A stretch of DNA of 63,649 nt, counting the filler, from Choristocarpus tenellus KU-1152 (lineage: Eukaryota; Protista; Phaeophyceae): assembly GCA_964200185.2 (NCBI GenBank). It is 11 parts of 11 records of this genome, joined end to end, with 100 filler letters (N's around TTAATTAATTAA, not from the genome) between each part and the next. Parts side by side here need not be neighbours in the genome. Positions count along the whole stretch, not along the records: positions 20,447 to 29,522 come from CAXNAD020004017.1; positions 29,623 to 43,549 come from CAXNAD020001322.1; 9 more parts are not named here. The stretch is one strand, 5' to 3'. The notes beneath the pieces are model-generated. The model saw nothing but the letters and a program-made list of their open reading frames with translations. It did not search any database and was not told the origin of the DNA. A program made the position numbers and the translations under genes. This document shows positions 25,025 through 38,700 of the stretch, in pieces (position 1 is the first letter of the stretch; each line of letters begins with the position of its first letter).

Positions 25025-27669
25025 ATATCATTCAGGACGCCTTACATCACCTGGAAATTAATGAAGGTGGGTGGTCTTATCCTACACACATTACAATACC
25101 AACAGCATGTGAACAATTATAAGAGTCAGACAACAACAAAAAATAACCCACATTTTTTCAAATAATAATGCACAGGGCATAATAATAAAAATAATGCACC
25201 ATTCTTTGTTGTGATGAATTTTCTTCTCAATATAATAATAATTGAAGTGCTTTTTTTGAACAAGATTGGTCGGATATAAGAGACTTGCACATCAAATACC
25301 ACAAGCATGTCATCCCACCTAAGATGATACTGCAAAGAAAGCAGAAATCAATTTAGCTCCCTTTATAGACATCAATTCAAATCCTGACACACTGTGATTG
25401 CAGATTTGTGAACGACATGACTTCAAGTTGGGGATTGGCTGAAGACAAGTCTTTCTATGAACGGTAGGGCCAAGTACTAACCAGGTTCTCGCTTAGACTG
25501 ACGAGGGCGTAGTGTCGATTTCTCAGCACATAATCGCTTTGACGACTATGATTCTACGACGATTGTAACCCAGATTCCTCTTTGTAACATAGGAAACTGG
25601 TCAAACCAGATACTTGCTCAACCTCGTTTCCTGTTGTCCAGGGAAAATCGTCCCTTTCGAAGACGTATGGAGTCCCACCGTGAGGGTGCGAATTTCTCCC
25701 TCAGGAGGTTGGGCAGCGCAAAGGAGGGGCGGATGGTCAGCCGATACGGGCCTTTTGCTCGCATGGAGTCAGCACGTTTTTTCCAGGCAAGTTTGCGCCT
25801 CTTTCTTGATGTTCCGGCGACCGTTGGTATGCGGTGTGACAGATGTAGTAGGCAATTGCGCCTTTTTGTCTTGATCATTTCTTAGACTTTCCCTCCCGTA
25901 ATGCTTAGTCGCATAGGTCCTTATGTCCAATCTTTGACATTGACGGTACTGTGCAGTTCTCTCTACCTTCCTAATTTTTCTCTGCCAATCTTTCCGTCAA
26001 GTCACTCCTGCCTTTTCACTCCTGTCCTGTTTCACATGGTTGCACTTGCCAGGTCGACTTGGCCGCTGAAACCAGTTTCCGACGGGTCCTCCAAGGTGTG
26101 GAGCTGGATTCCCCTCTCCCTGATGTCTCCCGCATTGACGATGGTATGGAGGATGAAAGATGGTGAGGGTGACTTTATCCGGGTTCGATTTTCATTCCCC
26201 TCGTTTCCGCAACCATCTGAGAACAAGTATGGTTAGATTGAAACCCTGCTGCTGATAATATATTGTTATGTTTGTTGTCCTCTAGAGAGTTATACTGTGC
26301 TTTTTTGATAGTTGGATACTGTCTGGACAAGAGAAGATAAATATAAGAGGGCACCAGTTGATAGAATGGAGACAAGAAATGCTCAAAGGTGGTGAAGGGG
26401 GCATGCCTTGCGACATGAATCTTTCTTTGGTCTCTTGGGGGAGGAATGAGTAATTTTTGGATGACTTTCTAATGGTAAGTATTCTGTAATAGTTATAGGT
26501 AAGAAACCCAGCATGGGGGGAATGAGGATTCTTCCTCTCTACATACACCATTACATATGGTTTGGTACAACGGAGGACTGCAATGGAGTTAATTAACCCC
26601 AAACTCAAATATCACAAAGGTATCTCAAACAACGCCTATAATTGTTAGATAATGAGGGGTACTGCCTGTACCGTATGATATCACATTCTTCAATAGTCAG
26701 TCGACATCACACACCATAGTACTAAGTGATACTGTAGTGTTTGAACTGCTATCATATCTATTGCCATGGCGAAGTTAAATAGGCAGCATTGTGATGGCAT
26801 ATTTACATCTGTATTTGAAGTAAGAGCAAGAGCATATACTTATGGCTATCTGTCAAAGAAAGCAAGGCAGTAGTGCCAATGTTTGAGATCAATAGGGGAC
26901 TAATATATATATATATATTTGTTTTCTGAAAGTTAAAAATGCCATCATTGAACCACACACTAAAATAGTACGGATTGTTATCCTCAAGCCTCGTTTACAA
27001 GGGGCAACCGACTGTATCTCCATAATATTTCAGTTAAATATATGCTCGAATTTTGAAGTACATATGTGTATTATTTTTTGTTTTGCCTTTTCTCCATCCT
27101 TTCCTATCAAGCTAGTTCCATTACTTTGTTAGTGGTTTGATGGTTGATGTCAGGAAATTTTCTAGAGGAGACGAAAATTATGCAATGGAAAGGTTTAAAT
27201 TAAAATCCCTTGGCACATTACTAGTTTAGAAGAATGCAGCCTATTATCTCATCGTCTTGTCCTGGACCACTAATCCTCCATGTTAGTAGTGCCCTCTTCT
27301 AGATGACTAAAAAGTAAGCGAGGAGCTCAATCCTGTGGTAGAGAAGTGGCAAGAAGTTCATCCTCTCCTAGTCTTGGATTGCCAATGGCACATTCAGAGT
27401 GCAATCCCTATCTATGCTTGCACTTGTTTCTCGCCAGGGGCGTAGGGGTGGAGCCTGTCTAATCTATGTAGTATTGATGCCTACGGTTCTTCTCTTCTGA
27501 CGCACGATTGGTGTGTCTTCTGACGCACGATTGGTGTGCTCAAGAAGTAAGTTGCACTGCCTCCGTTCTACGTGCTAATGTGGCATGTATTGCCGCATTT
27601 TAACACAGACTTCAAAGTGCACATTTTGATGCACACGTGTGTCAATTTACAATGTGCATCTCAGTGCAT

Positions 27670-27735
27670 TGTCTAATATCGATGTCTAATATCGATGTCT
27701 AATATCTATGTCTAATATCAATGTCTAATATAGAT
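27670..27735. repeat. 13-bp tandem repeat (TGTCTAATATCGA) x~5
   Basis: Read directly. Confidence 0.9.
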
Positions 27736-28660
27736 TCTTTGATGTACATCGAACACCTCGGACAAGGTCACGCTGAAGTCTAATACCTCCCTAGAGTGCT
27801 CGGGTCATGCTCAACCCACGATGGACAGTGGTCCAATACAATCTAATGTGACGATCTTTTTTGTTCCGTACTGTACACTGCAGGGATGACATTCAGGGAT
27901 GACATTCAGGGGCCGGTTGCGTTGTGTGTTGTAAGTTGTGGGCACTAGGCCTGTGCATTAATGGCGTCCTTGTTAGTGACCTCTAAGGAGATGTTTAGAG
28001 TACCAGCAAACATTCAAGTCTATTTTTTGTTATCTGTGTAACACCTGCTATCCATGTCAGCGTTTGATTCCGTTTCCTGGATTTCTGTTCGTGCAAAGTG
28101 TTCTGTTTCTGCGTTATTATTTGTTTTACTATTCTTGTTATCATTATCATTATTTTATATTGTTTTTATATTATTCTTATTATTACTAATGTTCTTGTTG
28201 TCATTATTACTGTTACTGTTATTGTTGCTATTACTACCATTACTTCTGTTCTTCGATGAAATGGGTTGATATATTTCGACAGAGAGAGCAGTGAATAGAA
28301 GGGATTGGGTTTAAGGAGGAAGAAATAATTCAAGAACAAAAAGATTCATGATGGTCATCCTTATCGTGATCGAGTCTATTTGCTATGTAGTGTCTGTTGT
28401 CCAGATGTGAACAACACTCAAGTTGTTTGTATGGCTGTTAGATCAGCAAGACATTTTATGACCCTCTTCTGTGAGGTGTGTGATGCATGGCGTGCTGATT
28501 GGTGTGTACTTGAAGGGCCTTAAAATAGATAGCTTTTTTGTTTGTTATTTTCAATATTGAGACATCACTAGTGTTTTATTATCCAATTTTTTTTTTTACA
28601 ATTATGATTAAATCGACTGGAGAAATTCTTGGATGGATGGAAGTGACTTCACTTGAATCG

Positions 28661-28817
28661 AATCTAATTGAACAGTTGGTACACAAGGCCAAAACAAATC
28701 TAATTGAACAGTTGGTACACAAGGCCAAAACAAATCTAATTGGACAGTTGGTACACAAGGCCAAAACAAGTCTAATTGAACAGTTGGTACACAAGGCCAA
28801 AACAAGTCTAATTGAAC
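28661..28817. repeat. 36-bp minisatellite x~4.4 (AATCTAATTGAACAGTTGGTACACAAGGCCAAAACA)
   Basis: Head-to-tail, near-identical units with no spacers. Confidence 0.97.
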
Positions 28818-29479
28818 TCCAATAGCCTCGACAGGTCTCAACAGGACCATCCGAAGTCACGGAACAGTGAAATGTATAATGAGTTATGAGTGGTTACACC
28901 CTGTGACATCATGTGGTGTACTTCTGTGGTCTATGACATGTTCAGCGGTTGCACTTCTGACATGTTTGTATTGTGATGAGAAATAGAACAGAATAACAGA
29001 AACAGAACAGAATAATGGAACTCGTTCAGTTCAGTTACTTATTTCTGTTCCAAGTATTTGAACTGAAACTGATTGAACCGTCACAATTTGCAACACTAGA
29101 TATCTCACTGTTGTACCATGATGAAATACACTAGCGCTTCTATCTACCCTGATGGGCCCAGTGCGTCACTTAAATATCTCAATTTTTGACAAGCAATTTT
29201 AATATTTATGTACTATGTAGTGGTATTCTTGAAGAAGAAATGCGCTTTTAAATGAATATTTTCAGGTATTTTTTTGTAATGTATGCTTCCAGGCACTTGA
29301 AAAAGAATTGTACTGAAAATATATTTTCTGTACTACAAAACATACACTATTCTGTACTACAAAGCATACACTATTCTGTACTGAAAATAATAAAACATAC
29401 GCTATTTACGGTATACTCTTATGATGTGATGGGATGCGCGTTTGTTTTGACGCAGACTTCATTGAAAGTGTTGTCGTAG

Positions 29480-29521
<42 letters not shown>

Positions 29522-32500
29522 CNNNNNNNNNNNNNNNNNNNNNNNNNNNNNNNNNNNNNNNNNNNNTTAATTAATTAANNNNNNNNNNNNNNNNNNNNNN
29601 NNNNNNNNNNNNNNNNNNNNNNATGGGGGTGGGGGGGGGATGGAGATGCAGGTTCTGATGTTTTTGTGACAGAGATGGCTTGAGAGAGGTCGGGCAGTGG
29701 TAGCGAAGGGAGTTGGAAGGTGAAAAGCACCAGGGAGGAGTCACACAGGGCAGGGTACACTAATATTCTAGCTCCCACCTATCACACACATTATACTGCA
29801 ACATCAGCTGGAATAATGAATCTTGCTCTGAGGCATGTGCTGATAATTCTTACAACGAGCACTTGAAAAAGCATTAGCTCTATGCCCAAACTTCCTTGTT
29901 AGCATGTTATAGTTACTGCTGAAAATGTGTCCACAAGGTTAATTTTTTTAAGGGTGGTTAGGGGGGGTAGGGTTGAGATAGGAAGAAACCCTCTCAAGGT
30001 GATTCATTAATATGTAAGCAGGTCACCTCTATGACTTCCAAGATGTAGCAGAAATATGCCTCAAAAGAAAATTACATGATCATTATTTACGCCCATGACC
30101 ACCTTGGTCAGTGTTTAATATCCTGGATATTTTGGGGGAGGGAGGGAGTGTAGTACAGGAAAAATCAAATCTCCAGAGTATAGATGTATAGGCAGAGCAG
30201 TTTGGTATTTGATATTTACTGCTAACAGTGTAGTAATTGATATTAATCATAAATGGATTCTGTGTAGCCATACCATCCTGCTGACTAAATGCAACACTAT
30301 TCTATAGGCTGAGCTTGGTCCTTCTCTAGTAAGTGTTACAGAATCTTCAGAGTGGCAATTTGCTACTGTGATATACCAAGTATTTTCAAGTTCCTTAAAG
30401 ATGGTGAAATTTTGCTCAAATACTGGTGAATTTTCTTGTGTGCAAGAGTCAACACCTCACCCAAACAATTGCCTGATCCATGATTTGCGTTTGCTTTGGT
30501 TGTATGGTAGGATGTTGTTGAGCTCCTCTCTTGGACTGTGCAAATCTTGATGGTACTGCTAGCTGGGGCTGGCCTTTCTGTTCAACTGTGTTGTGGTGGC
30601 AGTAGGTAGAGTTTGTGTTGTGAGTCTTGTTCCTCTTTCCAGGAAAACTTCTCACAAGAGCCTAACAAAGCTGTGTTGGAGGCCAATCAATGAGACAATT
30701 CTTTTAAAAGCTGATTTTGACTGCATTCAACAAGGGTCTATGCACTGCCCATGGGAAAAGCAATTTCGATTTTTTTTAGTGCCTACCTACTTCTATTTTC
30801 TTCATGGAAGTTGTTTTAGACCTGTTGATGAGGTATTGTTGGAGGAGAAAGGAGTCAGCATGACTCATAGACCATGACAGTATTGGTACAATGATGTATA
30901 TAGTGCCAATGTTCCTCAATACAATCCAACAGGGAGACCACTATTCTTCTTTTGTTTTAACTGATGGAATAGTCTGATTTTGATAAATTGAGTGTATGAG
31001 AGTGGTAAAGGCCTTCTCTTGGATGATATTTTGGTTCATGGTTGACAAATGGTAGAGTGTTGCAAACCTCAGGTAACATCTAATTGCAGCAATCCATCTG
31101 TAGTTGTGCTAGTGGTCTGATTGAGAGCATGCTGTAATGCTATAGAGAATTTTCGATTGGTGGGATATTGCAAGCTTGAGAAATTTTAGACTGAAAAACA
31201 TGCCTCTGTGTGTTTGAGGAAATGTTTGTGTTCGTTCTGGATTTGTGGGATAATTGAGGTACCCATTGTGGCAAGTGAACAGATAAACCTCTTTATGCAT
31301 ATTTGTGAATTCCCCCCTTCTCTTTGTCCTTGCTGTTTCCCACATTTTTCCTGTTATTGTCAAGATACCTGTAACCTCAGGGCGGTATCACAAGTCAGCA
31401 GTTCGTTTTGCAGGGAAAGGAGAGATTTTCATAAGGAACTCCAAGGCAGTTTCAGGGTCAAAGGGGACTCCATCTGCCCGCAAGAAGATAGGCTCATTCA
31501 AGGTGGATCTGGAGACACTTGAACCTATGGTAGACCATGCATTCAGATGACCAGTTCCCTCAAAATGGATGGACGGATTATACAGGATCCTCTTTGAAGC
31601 CGAGAAAGGGATGTGGAGGGGGAGAGGGGCATAGATTCGTGAGAAATTATAAAGGAAGCCCAGGGGTGGACAATTCCTTGGAGGGAATACAAAGTTTCAA
31701 GTAGAAAGATGATGTGAAGCAGGTACTGGAATTTCTGACGCAGGAGAAGAGAGTTAAATGCGTCTGTTTCCTACATGTTGATGGCACTCCATGAGGTCTG
31801 TTGTGTGCTAAGTGTGTGGACAGAGGGCCAAATAAGAGTTACTGACAACGACAATTGTTTCATTTGACTGCTATTGTATTTTGTTTTGTTCCTTACACTT
31901 TATGTTTCAAAATTCGAACCAAAGATTTTTGCTGTGGGTTGTCTCCCCATACCTTTGACACGGCAGTGCAAGGATAAAGTGAAATGTGATCATCTTGATT
32001 CTACATGCTGTGTTGAGCTTCGATGACTGTCATCAATGAACATGTTTAAGCTCTCCCCAACCTCACAAATTTGTCAAAAGTTCAAGGGTGGACGCTAGCA
32101 ACAGATGTTAAGAACATAATCAATAGAAGGTGCACTCTTTGTGGGGGTAATTCTCCCATTCTCACTGAAGTAAAATCACAGTTTGTAACTAAAACTTTCT
32201 CAACATTTTTGTGAGGTTGGGTCAATACAGTGAAGTCTTGGTAAATAGTAGCAATAGGTATCCACAACTATATATCTGTAGAGCTGCACATTTGAAAATG
32301 TAGTGCATCATGCAAGATCTCTGCCTGACATACACTCGACACATTACTAGGTCCTAGGCAAAGGTCAGCACGTTCATCTTTTTTCGAGGATTGTGGTTGT
32401 ATGTGCATGTGGACTTGTGACACAGCCTGCACTAAAACTAAAAAATCAAAGTGATCGTGGTTTGTTCAGGATGTACAAAGATAGTGAACTTTCCGGTCAA

Positions 32501-32722
32501 GATTCCTGAAGAACATTGTCAGTGAACAATGCATGAACCATCAAAACAGTCTCAAGTTCGTGCAACCTGTTTAGTATCTAGCAAGATACCTACAGTGTGT
32601 ATTCTAAGTCATAGGTATCGTATTTCAACAAGGTGGGCAGAATAAGGTGTTTGATATCACACTAAAATCAAGTCTGTCCATGTTCCACTTCCAGCACCTT
32701 GTCATCAATGCATCATTTCCAG

Positions 32723-35700
32723 CTATCTAGGTACTTTTGCCTCAATTTGTCCAGGCGTTGGTAAAGACAGCACTTCTAACTCAGGCAGTGCATCAAGCAG
32801 GCCGCGAGGAGCAACACCAGCATCAATGGAGGCAGTAGGGATGGGGTTCCCAGCCAGCTTCAGCGTACGCAGCCTTTTCAGGGACAGCACAGCCTCAGGG
32901 AATTGGGCAAGTAAATTATTTTCTGCATCAAGTAGACGCAGCTCAGAGAGGCCTCCCAAGACCTCTGCTGGAAGTATCTCATGGACACGATTTGAGGCCA
33001 ACCGGAGGACTCGCAATCCCTTGAGCAGTCCTATCGAATGAGGCAGCGCTGATATACTGTTCCCAGTAAGGTCCAGTGCCCGGAGAGAGGTCAGACGGGA
33101 GAGAGAAGAGGGTAACCAGCAAAGATTGTTCCCCGCTAATGATAGACTCACCAGCCCTGTCAGGAGTAGGGCACTCAATGGGAATTCTGTGGCGACATTC
33201 ACATTTCCCACCAGTAGACCTTGTAGGGAGAGTGAGCGCTTCTCCTTCCTTGCCACAGGGTCACTTACATTCAAGAGGACCCGTCCTACCATGTCTGGGG
33301 GTCTGGGTGAAGGTGCTATAAGGTTGGAGGAAGTATGACATGAGATGGAGGGTACCTGGGATGCAGGGTTGGTGCAGCATGGTAACTGTAGCAACACCCC
33401 ACTTGCAGCGGCAGCGGCAGCTACAGCTGCAGCCCGTTCCCTTGAGCCCCTCCCATGGGCAGCTTCAAGGGCCACCCTTGCTTCCCACAAAGAAGCTGAA
33501 CAGGGTCGATGTCGAAGAGCAGCTTCTAAAGCACGCTGGGCTAACGCTGAATCTCCTGCCTCAGACTCCAGCACAGCCACGGCAGTTGCTAGTTCTGGGT
33601 CACCTGGGTTAGATGCCAAAGCTTTCTCTGCATGAGGCCTTGTATTTCGCATTGCTGCCTTCCCACCTCTAGCACGGCCTGCTCCCTCAACCCCTTCCAT
33701 TCCTGCTTCCCACGCCCACCTCATGAGAGAGAGTGTGGGGCCAGCAGGAGGCAACGCTCTATGCCTTACACCCCTCCTTCGGGTGCTTGATAGCGCCTCT
33801 TCTGCCACAACCCAGTCAACCCGCCCCACACCGTGCTGTTCTCCAGAGAGGACAGCAGCGTAGCCCCTGAGCATGTCCTGCACAAATATCACAGAAGATT
33901 TGGTGCTCGTAATGGGGGGGTCGGTTGCATTTGGACCAGGGTCGTCAAAATTACCCAAGGCTCCAGCCACGTACTGTGCAAGGGTAGCATGGCGTCCTCT
34001 GCAGATGGTGTGTGTTGTGCCCAAGCAATTGATTGTGAAGGAGGGACAGGGAAGGTGGTATCAGATATGCTTGAAGTATAACTGAGGAAGGGGATGGGAG
34101 GGCATGCAAAGCAAGACCAGCACTTTCATTGGCCCTGAAAAACCACTAACTCCAAAAAAAACTCTGATCTACACTATATATGTTGCCACCCTTAAAAAAG
34201 GGTCAAGAGGCAATCTCTACATGAATCCTGCACTGGACAAAAAATAGAAGATGATTCACCATACCTTAGCCTTGCACGATCGTCAGCAAGTGCTCGTAGG
34301 ATTGTATCTTGTACACTGCCCACTTCCTTGGCTTCCTCCGAGGCCTGGGAGGCAAAAATAGCCATCAAGGAATTGCAGGTTGGATGTGGCACAACAACAC
34401 AGAAATAGTGGAAGACAGAGGACGCAGAACTGTAATTTGGGGGCAGCACAGCTCAACACAAAATTGTTACTTGCACATGAACGGCTGGAGTTCTTGGAAA
34501 AAATGGCAAGACAAGGGGTTGTGCAAGGGTTAATGTCATTATGAGTGCCTTGGAAACTCTTGATGTGCAGTACCAAAATCTCAAAGCACCAATCACCCTT
34601 GACAGCAACTCAGTCCAGCGTCCCATCCTTGTCACGCTCTGTGGCCCTACCTCATGTCTAGCAATTGCTGCAGTGGCTTCAAACCTATAGAACCATAAGA
34701 GCTGTCGCCGCTGCTGTGCTATCCCAGCAAACGATTCTGAGCTCAGAACATGATCCAGGGCCTCAATTGCATGGACCGGGCTTCCAAGGACCCAGATTGT
34801 TAGGAAGATCACGGATAGAATACCCCTCGTTTCCAAAACCCCCGGTATAGACAAGTTGGTGGTCTCATCCTGAAACATAGTCCTCCCAACTCCACCACTT
34901 TCCCCGTCTGCCCATTTCATCAGTGCTGATCTTGCACGCATCTCAGCCAGTCGGGCAGGGAGCACATCATCCTGCTTCTTCATCCACTCTGCAGCTTCTA
35001 CAGATACCCCACCCCTCTCCTGTGAGCTTGCCACCTTTTTCCACTTCTCAGGCTCAACCCAGAGCTCAATCAGTGCCTCTTGAGCGACAGCACTTGCAGT
35101 CCCTGGCTCTGCTTCCCCAGTCCCACCCCCTGCCCAAACCGTTGAAATTGCCTCAGAAACATCCCCGGTTCTCGTTAAAGTATTCTTAAGCTCCTCCTGT
35201 AGGGCACAGAGGAAAGGGAACAGCATCCATCCTCTTGGGACCTGCAGAGCCTTGTCAGAACCTACGGCCTGTTCCACCTTTCCCTGTGCTGCCCCGCCAA
35301 CTGCAGGTGACAGCAGGGTGCTTGCTTCCCCTGGCGTTGCCCCCTGCAAATATCCCGGTGCTTGCAGGCTAGTGTACTTCACTGCCTCTACAGATGGCGT
35401 GGAGTGTCCTCCCCAATTTCCCCCCCTGAGGTATTTCTCAATAAGTTGGGGGTACTCTTGTGTAAGATGTTCAAAGAGTGCAGGCTTAGGAACCGGTTCG
35501 GTACATAATAACCAACGACACAACCTCAGCATCTCCTCCTTCCCCCCCTCCCCCCTTGCTGCAGCTGCATTACAGTACGCCAACCAGTTGAGCACCAGGG
35601 AAACGGTCGGGCCCACTGGTGGAAACAAATGTGATGAATTTGTGCCCTTTACTCCCAAGTGGTCCTTAGCCTTGCCCTTGATGTGTCCATGTCCACCTCC

Positions 35701-38700
35701 CCCCTTGGTCATAATTACATTCTCTTTGCTCTGGCATTGGTTCCCAACCCCACCTTCTAGCACCTTTTTGGTCACCTTTCCATCATCAACCCAATTCCTT
35801 GGAGGTGTCAGACCTATGTCCTCAATAGCACTGAAGAAAACCTCTCTAGCTGCAAGCCTCTGCTGTGGACTTGCAGCCAGCCTCCGCCCCATGGGACTGT
35901 TCGGCAACAAGCTTTCAGGTTGCCACACCAACGCCCAGGTGTCTTTATCTAATTCACTCTCCATCCCATTGTCATCAGTCACCCCTTCATCTCCTCCCCC
36001 TGCCTTGCCTTCAGCTAGGAAGAGCACCTGTTGCGGAAACACCCCAAACACTAGGAGGTGAACCGCTGCAAGCCATAGAAGGGAACGCAGAGAATGTGGT
36101 GCCATAGCAAGTGCTGGTGCCAAGCCCTATAGTTCCTCTCTCCCAGAGACGAATAATGGGTATGTTGAGTGGGTGGATAGAGAATCAGTACATGGGAGGT
36201 AAATGTGGAGCAGAAGGGGGGAGAGGAAGGAGGTGGGTGATGATTCAGCTGACTTTGCATGAAAGGAGCAGACAAGAGGCAAAAGGATATATTTACGTGT
36301 CTTCTGTAAACCACATGCCCATCATTCCACGTAGACGAGATTAAGGCTGGTGGGTAAACTGGTGTAATTCCTTCGATATCAACCAGGCATAAAAATTGGG
36401 AGGAGATAAAAACGTCTCTTCTTCTTTTCAACATCTACCTTCTCCCATCGTACCAGCACACCTGAGGCAAGCAGTGACCTCGATCATGATCTCCCCCTCT
36501 GTGCTGTTGGGCAAAGAGCATTAACTCACCAGAACCCACACCTGTTGTCACACCATCTGTAACTGTCTCTTTCCCAGTAGCCTTCACCCCTGTCCACCAC
36601 TGTGACCTCTTAGCTCCAAGTGCCTCCAGGACCTCCACGACACCTTGAAGGGTGTACCCAGCCTGTGCTAGGAAGGAGCATCGCTCCAATACAAGGTACA
36701 CCATCATACCTGCAAGCCTCTGTGAGGAATCGTTTCTGCTGCCTATAGAGTCCCCACCACTCTCATCCTTGATGCTGTTACCAGTACAAGAGCTGTCTGC
36801 CTTCAAACTAGTCCCTACCCCCTCTCCTGCCGCCTCTACTGTATCACCCACACCCTCAATACCCACATTCCCCAGGTCCTCAGAAGTGTTCCCATATGTA
36901 CCCATACTCTGGTACACCAATTGCTCCAGTTGCTGGAAGTAAAGTTGCAATACCTCAGGCAAGGCCTGACGTACCCCCCCCCACAGGTGGCGGTACAAGC
37001 GCCACACTGGTCTTGAAGTTGGGAGCTTCCTGTGCACACAGGTAGGAGAGTAAGGGGCGGTTGGAAGGGAGGCAGACAATATGCTCAAAATGATCACCTA
37101 TACAAGACAATAGAGAGAGGCCGACAATAAATGATTGCCAAGAGGGAAGTAGGGGTGAAGGAGCAAGAGGTTCAATCCCTGAAGCTACTGAATGCACCAA
37201 TTGCTGAAATGTAGCTCTGGGTTTTACCATGCAAGGGTAGGTATGATGTGTGTCTCCAAGTGTGCTTAAAAGGTCCTTAATCTAGTTGGCCCTGGTTCCC
37301 ATCTGCCTTACCCAGGACACCTCCCCTCCTCTCCCCAATTACAATGTCCCAGTACCAACCTCCATTAATGTGATGCTCACCCAGTGCTGGAGGTGAAATA
37401 TGCAAGGGACACTGAGGGGGAAGAAGCAATTGGTAAAGGCATACTCACTCTAATGCTTCGGCACAAAATCCTCTTGCTTCATCAATTTTCCCAGGTCTCA
37501 GCACATACAGCCTCAGATAGAGCAGCCACAATGATTCTGAGCCACTCCCCTCCACATGCTCCAGACCACGTACAAGTGTCCGTAAAGATGGCCTAAGGGG
37601 TCCATCATCCTCAAATGGTTCATTCAGCTGAGCAAACTCCTGCCCATCGCAAAAGGGGAAGTTGAATGGAGAACTATTTTAGGGATACCTATTTTAGACC
37701 GCAATACCCTTTGTAACAACCGTTTGGGGGGACTCCCCTGCTACAGAATTCCTCCAAACACAGCATTTGTACTTCAGAGTTTCCTCCTCTACTTCCAGAA
37801 AAATATATGGGTAGTATATACTACCACAACAGAGAAATTAAACGGCTTATCCTTCTACATATAGGGATCTAGGTTGTTGGGGGAGGGTTGCCTAAGGTTT
37901 ATACTCCTCCGTCTCTACAAGATGAGAAGGTTTCACAGAATTATCATCAACCTTCAGTGATCGATGAGAAGATGGACAACAACTACAGTTATAGAAAAAG
38001 AAAATTGCATCAGGCAACAGCTTGGCAAGAGGGTAGCAAGGGGAACACATATTATTGTCAAGACTATCACCTCCACAGCTTCCCAGATTGCAGCTGTTGA
38101 TTCACCACCTCTAGGGAGGCGTTGCATGGCCAAGAGAAGCCACACCTCCACATCTGATGGGGTCTCTTCAAGATGTGCTTCGAGAGCCTCAAGCTAAATT
38201 CCTCAGACAGGTGGTCAGGGGGGTATTGGGGATGCATAGAGGTCACATGCATCAGGCACTTGTGGCAAGAAAGGAACATATTATATCGGGAATTGGAAAT
38301 ACTGAGAGCTGCCTGTGACCAACCTCTTCGAACTCAATAGCACATGGCATGTGAGGATGCATTGACAGTGACCAAACAGTGCCTTTACTTGTTCTAACCC
38401 TAACCCTAACCCAAACCCAAACCCACCACTCGCTTTTTCCCACCTACAATCAGTAACCAACAACAGCAACACAGAGGTCATAATTGAGACAAAAATAATA
38501 AGGGTACACACTTCAATTGTAATCCCACCTTCTTGTTTCTCTCACCACACAGAGTGTGCTTCCTCATTAACACAGGTCCTCCAAAACATGAACACAATAA
38601 GGAAAAGGATTCCCATCCTCTCTGCCTTCCTTCTAACAGCTGCTGCAGATACTATTTGTTCTTACTCCACCTATTTCGCCTGATAAACCTAATAGTTAGG

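Noticed and set aside
25660-25710. tRNA-like B-box (GTGAGGGTGCGAATTTCTCC)
   Set aside because: No acceptor or anticodon stems could be formed.
26032-26226. FSDGCG as a Sola catalytic motif
   Set aside because: Not followed by the expected QNKN-like or GH..D motifs; the region is an unassigned decayed sequence.
28661-28817. CRISPR array (36-bp repeats)
   Set aside because: Units are contiguous with no unique spacers; no cas genes; eukaryotic context.
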